A stretch of 64,000 bases of DNA from assembly GCA_030647355.1 (NCBI GenBank), contig JAUSIS010000009.1, forward strand, positions 512 to 64,511, read 5' to 3'. Every line of letters starts with the position of its first letter. Within the stretch, counting starts at the first letter, position 1. The position numbers were made by a program, and so were the translations under genes. Under the pieces are notes generated by a model. It was not told where the DNA came from. It saw nothing but the letters and a program-made list of their open reading frames with translations, and did no database searches. The stretch comes from a bacterium (GTDB lineage Bacteria; Patescibacteriota; UBA1384; VFKW01). Of this stretch, positions 57,473 through 64,000 are shown one piece after another.

Positions 57473-58747
57473 TTAAGATCTTATTATCAGGGAAGCGGCT
57501 TGTTCGGCTAATTCAATGGCTTTTTCAATACCTCGATCGTCCGGATAAATATGGGCAATTGAAATGTTATAGACATTTTTCAGTGGGGTTTCAATCTGGG
57601 GTAGATGAGTATAATATTGTTTATCAGCCACGTGCTGGGTAAATTGAGAGCTGAACAAATGGGAAGATTTTATCCAATTCGGTGAAAAATTTTTATTTAT
57701 TTTTTTTAATAATGGTATAGCGGTGTTCAGTATCTCTTCTTTGTTTTTAGGGTAAGGACCGTTTCCCGGCGGACAGTATTGGCTCAAATAAACCAAATGC
57801 TGGCCATTATAATCATCAACAGAGCGGAAATTGGTATGTTCGACTAAGGCAATAAATTTGGATTTAGGATCGTTAATATTTATCCAATAATATTGTGTAA
57901 GAGGATGTTTTAAGGCCAGAATCAGGCATTGGGCTTTGATATAACGAATAGAAAGTTGTTGTTTAACAAAATCAGGCGATAAGACCTTGCTGGCAATTTT
58001 TTTGAATACCGGAAGGGGGGTTGCAAAAAGTACATGAGTGAAGATATGGTTTTTTCCTCCTGCTTTTAGAATAATACATTGGTCTTTGATTGCCATGTCG
58101 TCAACAGCGGATCCTCTGATTCTGACGCCATTCTCTGATAATTTCTCGGCGAGCCGATCGATCAAACATTGGAAGCTACCATTTAAGTACCCAAGTTTTT
58201 TGGATCGCTGTGTTATTCTAGCCCACAGCCATGGCATCATAACAGTATCCGTATAAGAACCAAACTTTTTTTCAACCAATGGTTGCCATATTATTTTATA
58301 GGCATGATTACCTAAATATTCTGGTAGAAATTTTGTGATTGGATATTTGATCAGCTTTTGCCATTTCTGGTGTTTCAAGCGAATTGTATTAATACCAAGG
58401 CGGATTTTTTGTTTGAAGTCGAGGGGCGGAAAATTAAAAAAATTAATAATTGTCGAGAAGGGGATGGTTTTTCTACCTGTAAAGAGACCAATTTTTGTAT
58501 TGGTAAATTGAACTTTTTCTTTTAAGCCTAATTCGCTTAACAGGGAGAGTGTGTTTTTGTTGTGGGGAAAAATATGATGGTAGAATTTCTCCAGACGGTT
58601 AGCGCCAATTGGAAATGTGGAAAGGAGACCACCCAATTCTTTGGGTTCAAATAGATTTACTTTAAAACCCTCTTGAGAGAGGCGATAGGCAGCAACGAGT
58701 CCGGAGATTCCCCCGCCTACAACAGCTATACTAACTTTATTTTTCAT
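57473..58747 (-). CDS. FAD-dependent oxidoreductase (amine oxidase / HemY-like superfamily)
   Basis: VVGGGISGL.AAY.L, LGGL, LEKFYHH.F, YW.NI.D, IEHTN-like motif, YP.DRG. Confidence 0.8.
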   Translation of the reverse strand: MKNKVSIAVVGGGISGLVAAYRLSQEGFKVNLFEPKELGGLLSTFPIGANRLEKFYHHIFPHNKNTLSLLSELGLKEKVQFTNTKIGLFTGRKTIPFSTIINFFNFPPLDFKQKIRLGINTIRLKHQKWQKLIKYPITKFLPEYLGNHAYKIIWQPLVEKKFGSYTDTVMMPWLWARITQRSKKLGYLNGSFQCLIDRLAEKLSENGVRIRGSAVDDMAIKDQCIILKAGGKNHIFTHVLFATPLPVFKKIASKVLSPDFVKQQLSIRYIKAQCLILALKHPLTQYYWININDPKSKFIALVEHTNFRSVDDYNGQHLVYLSQYCPPGNGPYPKNKEEILNTAIPLLKKINKNFSPNWIKSSHLFSSQFTQHVADKQYYTHLPQIETPLKNVYNISIAHIYPDDRGIEKAIELAEQAASLIIRS

Positions 58748-58865
58748 ACATGAATTATAACAAATTAACTCAAAAGACAGGCATCAGCGAAAACCCGGCT
58801 GTTTATTATTCTATCTTTGTTGGGTTGTTGTGTTATAATTTATTCAGATAGTATGGAGGGGTTCT

Positions 58866-60950
58866 ATGGATCTAGAAAAATTATTCTATCCAAAAAGTAT
58901 CGCAGTTATCGGAGCGTCAAACCAGGCGGGATCGGTTGGTAATGATTTGGTGAATAATTTAATGAAGGGTTTTGGGGGGACACTCTATTTTGTTAATTTG
59001 AAGGGTAAAGAGATCAATGGTATCAAAAGTTATCCGAAGGTTTCAAATATATACCACTCTGTAGATTTGGCGGTTATTGCAGTACCATCAATCGCGGTGT
59101 CTGAGGTTTTAGAAGAAGTTGGACAGAAAGACATAGGCGCGGCAGTAATAATCTCTGCCGGGTTCAAGGAAGCCGGCAGAGCGGATCTGGAAAAAAATAT
59201 CATCACAATATGCAAGAAATATAATATCGCCCTTATCGGTCCAAACTGTTTAGGAATAATTAATCCAGAAATCAAGATGAACGCCTCATTTGCCGCTTCG
59301 ATGCCGGCAGAAGGGGCGGTGGCGTTTGTTTCCCAAAGCGGAGCCCTTTGCACTGCAGTAATTGATTATGCTAAATTCTACGGGGTGGGATTTTCTAAAT
59401 TTGTCAGTATTGGAAATAAAGCGGTTGTGGATGATATTGACCTACTTGAGTACCTTTTTAAGGATGAGAAAACAAAAGTGATAGCGATGTACATAGAGAG
59501 TCTGAATCATCCGCAGGAATTTATTCAGCTGATAAATAACGCACAACGTGGCAATCCTAAGCCGGTAATCGTCATTAAGTCCGGGCGGACGTCTGCCGGA
59601 GCTTCGGCAACTCTATCGCACACAGGAGCCTTAGCGGGAAGTGACAGCGCTTATGATGCTCTATTCCGTCAAGCAGGCGTCATAAGAGCTCAAAGTGTAG
59701 AGGATTTATTTGATTTAGTAAGGGTGTTCACTGATAATGAATTGGCGGTTTGTGATGGTGTGGCAGTTATTACAAATGCCGGAGGACCCGGTGTATTGTC
59801 AACGGATGAAATAATCGCTAACGGATTACAAATGGCAAAATTAAATCCGGGGACTTTGGAAAGATTAAAATCAATTCTGCCGGCGGCAGCTAATATTCAT
59901 AATCCAATCGACATTCTTGGAGATGCTAAGGCAATACGCTATGGAACTGTACTGAAGGTTATTTCTCAAGATGAGAATGTGAAGAGCATTGTAGTAATTC
60001 TGACACCGCAGTCCATGACAGAAATAAAGGAAACAGCGCAAGTAATTGCTCAGACAAAAAGAGCAACAAAGAAACCAATTGTTGTGACGTTTATGGGAGA
60101 AGCGACAGTGGAGGCGGGTGTTAAACTTCTACAAAGAGAGAATGTAGCGGCAGTAAATTTTCCCGAGCAAGCGGCGAAAGTTTTGGCAACAATGAACAGA
60201 TATGCTGTTTCTTGTAAGAATCCAGATGGCAGTGAATTTAAATTTAACAATATTGATAAAGCAGGGGCGCAAAAGATTATCAGCTCTGTCGGGCGCAAGG
60301 TACTGCCGGAGGCAGAGGCATTATCGGTTTTGGATAAGTATGGTTTTGTAACTCTGAAGCGGCAGGTGGTGAAAACAGCAAAGGAAGCAAAGGCAGCAGC
60401 AAAAAAGATCGGGACTAATCTGGCGATGAAGATTGTTTCCGAGGATATTCCCCACAAAAGTGATTCGGGCGGAGTACGTTTGGATATAGCACCGGAGAAA
60501 GCGGGCGAAAAGTTTACTGAGATAATTAAAACTATCAGGAAGAATGTGCCTTCGGCAAAAATTGACGGGGTTTTACTGATGGAAATGGCGCCTAAAGTTG
60601 GTTTTGAATTTATTTTGGGCTCAAGTAGAGATCCGGCTTTGGGCAATTTAATGATGGTTGGTTTGGGCGGGATTTTAGTTGAAGTTTTGAGAGATGTCAC
60701 ATTCGCCCTGCCGCCAATAGATAAAGCAGATGCAAAAAGCATGCTTGAGCTCATTAAAGCAAATAAGATTTTCGGCGGAGTTAGGGGTATGCCGCCACTG
60801 GACAGTAGCGCTTTGGTTGATTGCTTGGGCAGACTTTCTCAATTGTTAATTGATTTTCCGCAAATAAAAGAGATGGATATCAATCCCCTACTGGTACTAC
60901 CTAAGGGACAAGGGGTATTGGCGTTGGATGGACGAATGGTGCTCGAATAA
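58866..60950 (+). CDS. Acetate--CoA ligase (ADP-forming), fused alpha-beta
   Basis: P.SIAVIGAS, ISAGFKE, GPNCLG, SQSGA, KSGRT....SHTGALAG, TNAGGPGV, NPID.LGDA, HKSD.GGV, DINP. Confidence 0.93.
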   Translation: MDLEKLFYPKSIAVIGASNQAGSVGNDLVNNLMKGFGGTLYFVNLKGKEINGIKSYPKVSNIYHSVDLAVIAVPSIAVSEVLEEVGQKDIGAAVIISAGFKEAGRADLEKNIITICKKYNIALIGPNCLGIINPEIKMNASFAASMPAEGAVAFVSQSGALCTAVIDYAKFYGVGFSKFVSIGNKAVVDDIDLLEYLFKDEKTKVIAMYIESLNHPQEFIQLINNAQRGNPKPVIVIKSGRTSAGASATLSHTGALAGSDSAYDALFRQAGVIRAQSVEDLFDLVRVFTDNELAVCDGVAVITNAGGPGVLSTDEIIANGLQMAKLNPGTLERLKSILPAAANIHNPIDILGDAKAIRYGTVLKVISQDENVKSIVVILTPQSMTEIKETAQVIAQTKRATKKPIVVTFMGEATVEAGVKLLQRENVAAVNFPEQAAKVLATMNRYAVSCKNPDGSEFKFNNIDKAGAQKIISSVGRKVLPEAEALSVLDKYGFVTLKRQVVKTAKEAKAAAKKIGTNLAMKIVSEDIPHKSDSGGVRLDIAPEKAGEKFTEIIKTIRKNVPSAKIDGVLLMEMAPKVGFEFILGSSRDPALGNLMMVGLGGILVEVLRDVTFALPPIDKADAKSMLELIKANKIFGGVRGMPPLDSSALVDCLGRLSQLLIDFPQIKEMDINPLLVLPKGQGVLALDGRMVLE

Positions 60951-60965
60951 AATTATTTTAGATTT

Positions 60966-61340
60966 TTAGTTTGTAAAATTATCGCCACGATAATAGTATT
61001 TGCCATTAAAAGTTATCGGCAGGGGCACGGGCGTCCTTTCGTTCGATAAATTGACACGAAAAGCCATAATATGCAAATGCGGTCCATCGGTGAAGCCGCT
61101 ATCACCTATCAGGCCCACCTTCTGACCGACTGTAATTTGATCGCCAACTTTTACCAATACAGAGTTCGATTTGAAATGAACAAGTGAAATACTGAATCCA
61201 TTACAGCCAATCACTACATAATTAGCTTCACTCGATTTACCTTTTATTCCAATCGGCATATCTGGAAAGCTTTGCTCTGTCTTTTTCACAATACCAGAAC
61301 AAGGACTATAAATAGGTGTCCCATAGGTGTCATTAGACTC
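60966..61340 (-). pseudogene. N-terminally truncated M23 peptidase
   Basis: The frame reads YGTPIYSPCSGIV...N.VVI...LVH....V.VGD.I..GQ.VG.IG.SG....PHLH but has no proper start codon upstream of the internal GTG at 61289. Confidence 0.6.
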
Positions 61341-61383
61341 CAGTTTGGTGTTGCGAAACTGAAACCGATTTTCGATGAATGAT

Positions 61384-61605
61384 TCATGTTCGCTTCCTTT
61401 TGTATATTATGGAATTTATTACTGAGCCGATTGCCCAACCAAAAATTCCCCCTACAATTGTCATTATGGCTGTAATATATGGATAGGATGGTGGTGGGCA
61501 GCTGTCTGGTCCGCCACAGATTGACGCAGTTGAAAGATAATAGTAAGTAAAATATGCTCCGAGTATGGTTGTAATGATTAGAATTATTATCTTTATTGTT
61601 TTCAT
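61384..61605 (-). CDS. Small two-TM protein with a CGGPDSCPPP loop
   Basis: GGGGAG RBS; two hydrophobic segments. Confidence 0.55.
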   Translation of the reverse strand: MKTIKIIILIITTILGAYFTYYYLSTASICGGPDSCPPPSYPYITAIMTIVGGIFGWAIGSVINSIIYKRKRT

Positions 61606-61639
61606 TGTCTCCCTTTCCTTGAATTATAATTTCTGTTTT

Positions 61640-61804
61640 TTATTCCTCTATTGCTACTACTAGAAACGGCCGGTCTGTTCCCGAGAGATGTGGTGAGCTG
61701 ACCATAGGGGGCGGATTGTAGTTATTTGATGATTTATTAGCCCCTGATTGCGGATACATAATTTGTTTCATTATTAACGAAAGCTCGTCTTCAGGTAAGG
61801 CCAT
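61640..61804 (-). CDS. Possible 54-aa ORF, absent from the ORF track
   Basis: GGAAGG RBS; MALPEDELSLIMKQIMYPQ...VVAIEE*; no motif. Confidence 0.3.
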   Translation of the reverse strand: MALPEDELSLIMKQIMYPQSGANKSSNNYNPPPMVSSPHLSGTDRPFLVVAIEE

Positions 61805-61833
61805 ACCTTCCTTCCTTTATTCTAATATTGGAT

Positions 61834-62331
61834 TTATTTTCCTCCGGTAGTGATTAATAGGAGCGTTAAGGCGCTACCGAGAAGACCAAGATCGCGGACA
61901 AACATAGATGAGGCTTTCCAGAAAACAATTAAAATCAAAGCCAGTAGAGCGGTGGCAATAAGAGAAGCTAGGTCTAAGTAGAAACCGGTAAGCAAGGCGA
62001 TGGATAGCAATATCTCTACTATGCCCTGCAGGCGGCCGAATGTTTGAAGATTGAAATCATGTTTGATGCCAAGCTTTTCCAAAAATACATCGCCGATATT
62101 GTCGAATCCTTCAGGGTGGGCTAAATTATCGATACCGAACCACATAAAAACGAAAGCAAGACTGATTTTTAATGGAAGGAGGGACCAATGGGTAATAAGT
62201 AATCCGATATTAGAGTCAGGATTGGTGAATAATCGGTGGGTTGGTAAAGAGGCAAAAAATTCCGGGAAGATGAATTGTAGAAGGAAGATAATCCCAATAA
62301 TAATGGTTATTGCCAAGTTTCGATTCCGCAT
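61834..62331 (-). CDS. DoxX-family membrane protein
   Basis: L.ISLAFVF.WFGI..L..P, G..EI, RD.GLLG. Confidence 0.75.
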   Translation of the reverse strand: MRNRNLAITIIIGIIFLLQFIFPEFFASLPTHRLFTNPDSNIGLLITHWSLLPLKISLAFVFMWFGIDNLAHPEGFDNIGDVFLEKLGIKHDFNLQTFGRLQGIVEILLSIALLTGFYLDLASLIATALLALILIVFWKASSMFVRDLGLLGSALTLLLITTGGK

Positions 62332-62351
62332 AGATGCTCCCTACCGATAGG

Positions 62352-62840
62352 TTATTGTAAAAATGGATGTTTTTTGACTAAACCGGTTGTTGACCACCAA
62401 CGGCCAAAGCCAAGATATTGTCCAGCATTTGCTGAAGCAAGACCAATAAGAATGAGTATATAGATAATGTGCTCGTCTAGAAAAGGATTGTTTGCGGGCG
62501 GCAAAGCGGCTGACCACATAAGTAATAATAAAACAGTACCAACATAACTAGCAATTTTGATACCAATGCCAAGAATCAAAGCAAGACCGAGGGCTAAAAG
62601 TCCGAGCATGAATAGCCAATCAACTACCGAGTTGCCAGCAATTCCCTGATAAAATGAGGCGAACGGTCCATGAGTACCGAACTTGAGAAATCCCAGGGTT
62701 GGAGAACCGCCGGAGAGCCAGGATTTTGCCGATGTAGTGGCAAATCCCAATCCCCATAGCTTGTCAATAAATGCCCAAAGAAAAACCCATCCTAGACTTA
62801 GTCTTAGTAAACCGCACACAGATTCAATTTTTTTAGACAT
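62352..62840 (-). CDS. DoxX/DoxD-like membrane protein
   Basis: LR..LG..FLWAF.DKL.GLGF.T....W..GGSPT.GFL, DWLFM.GL, NPF.DEH.IY, G.G.WW. Confidence 0.85.
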   Translation of the reverse strand: MSKKIESVCGLLRLSLGWVFLWAFIDKLWGLGFATTSAKSWLSGGSPTLGFLKFGTHGPFASFYQGIAGNSVVDWLFMLGLLALGLALILGIGIKIASYVGTVLLLLMWSAALPPANNPFLDEHIIYILILIGLASANAGQYLGFGRWWSTTGLVKKHPFLQ

Positions 62841-62905
62841 GATGTCTCCTTATTATTATGCTACCAACTAATGATTTATTATGCAAATTAATATTGGGAT
62901 TATCT

Positions 62906-63187
62906 TCAAATCTCTCGCGTCTTTTGCAAATTGAATTTAATAAAAAGAAGACTGCTGGTGCAGTCTTTGTTATTGGTCAGTAGAGCGATTTGTCGGGCTT
63001 GTAGATGTGGTGACAGCTCACGCACCGAAAGATGGTCGTGAGTAAATTTGTTCTCCTTGCCAGCGACTATCTTGTGCCAGTGGAGACTATTGCAGCTCGG
63101 ACATTCGCGCTTGATGCGGAACAGTTCCAGCGAAGCCACGAGAACCGGTTGCTTCTCGTCAGGTATGATCCTTGCCGCGACCCGCAT
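62906..63187 (-). CDS. Hypothetical protein or fragment with CxxC
   Basis: ECPSC motif; the frame is open further upstream without a clear start. Confidence 0.3.
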   Translation of the reverse strand: MRVAARIIPDEKQPVLVASLELFRIKRECPSCNSLHWHKIVAGKENKFTHDHLSVRELSPHLQARQIALLTNNKDCTSSLLFIKFNLQKTREI

Positions 63188-63382
63188 CTTCTGGTATTCG
63201 TAGAAGTCTTCTTCTCGGAAGGGCGAGGAGGTAAGAAAAGCGGTGGTGAGTGATTGAGGCGAGGTGGGTATTTTGGCGGTTGATTGGGCTGCGGGGGCTT
63301 GATTATTCTGTGTTTTAGTGGTACAATTTTTTCATTGTTTTGTTATCAGCGAATATCGGTGAGTAAAATAAGGGGGGACAGA

Positions 63383-64000
63383 TTGAGGCTATTGATTGTA
63401 TTGGTATGCGGGATTCTTCTGATGAGCAGGGTGTGTTGGGCAGCGGATATTCCAACCGACCTTCCTTCTACTGACAGTACTCAAGACGAGGTAGTATCGC
63501 CTCCGGCGACAGAATCGCCGCAGAATGAAGCGCGGGGACAGGTAGGAAACGGCTTCATTTTGTTGCCGAAAGAGTGTCCGTTTGACTACCTCGAGCAGAC
63601 TGACTGGGACGAGTTTCTGAACTTTGTCGATCATGGTGGGAAATGGGTATTTGCCAACTTCTACCATGATAAAAACGCGAAGCAATTCTACATCGCGTTT
63701 GAGGGCGACGTTGGGTTCATGAGCGGTTTGGTGAGCGGAGCGCAGCCAGTTAAGGGCGGGGAGATTGATTGTTTGCCGGGTAAACCTAGTCCGAAGGCGT
63801 ATCACAATCACCTGGGGCTATTTACCGTCTCTTCTAAGGAGCAAATGCACTACTCCACTCTTTACGACTGCAATATGCCCTTCTCGCTCTTCTACAACGA
63901 GGGTCAGGCATTCCACGCGACCAGTCGGCAGAATATTCGATTTCTCGGACAGCCGGCGTCTCACGGCTGTACGCGGCTCAATCCTAAAGAGGCGCCCAAG
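63383..64000 (+). CDS. L,D-transpeptidase (YkuD family), truncated by the window edge and absent from the ORF track
   Basis: TTG start after AAGGGGGG; signal peptide; open frame to the end reading MPFSLFYNEGQAFHAT...LGQPASHGCTRL. Confidence 0.85.
   Translation, partial: MRLLIVLVCGILLMSRVCWAADIPTDLPSTDSTQDEVVSPPATESPQNEARGQVGNGFILLPKECPFDYLEQTDWDEFLNFVDHGGKWVFANFYHDKNAKQFYIAFEGDVGFMSGLVSGAQPVKGGEIDCLPGKPSPKAYHNHLGLFTVSSKEQMHYSTLYDCNMPFSLFYNEGQAFHATSRQNIRFLGQPASHGCTRLNPKEAPK

Noticed and set aside
63389-63811. 140-aa minus-strand ORF from the track
   Set aside because: Antisense shadow of the plus-strand L,D-transpeptidase.

Overview
A 64-kb bacterial chromosomal segment using genetic code 11 (TGA acts as a stop). 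The gene set and style suggest a Patescibacteria/CPR genome, which is an inference: N-terminally short ThrS, a long tmRNA tag, a fermentation core of 2-oxoacid:ferredoxin oxidoreductase, ADP-forming acetate-CoA ligase and enolase, and many membrane and glycosyltransferase genes. The backbone is AT-rich (eno, tmk-thyA-folA, dCMP deaminase, folD, glyA, thrS, smpB, tmRNA, tRNA-Val, surface glycosylation genes). Between about 7 and 32 kb it is interleaved with GC-richer one- or two-gene units, many with their own promoter and terminator. These units encode divergent biosynthetic enzymes: a PlsY/acyl-ACP-reductase-like fusion plus GpsA, PurL/PurQ, PurN, a tandem-domain PyrE plus PyrF, TyrA, HisI and FabI. 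The most striking observations are: (1) a complete tRNA-Val(GAC) nested inside the anticodon loop of a second, degenerate tRNA-Val-like scaffold; (2) the PlsY-AAR-like fusion operon with a GpsA whose catalytic Lys is replaced; (3) an XRE-HTH/Hsp20 fusion with a perfect operator over its promoter and an internal ribosome-binding site; (4) a 1.65-kb integrase-less island at the tmRNA 3' end; (5) a repeated boundary motif bracketing a HEPN-motif gene and tyrA; (6) an unassigned structured leader RNA at about 25.0-25.15 kb. No CRISPR array, rRNA, integrase or transposase was seen. All protein assignments come from motif recognition by eye, not database searches.
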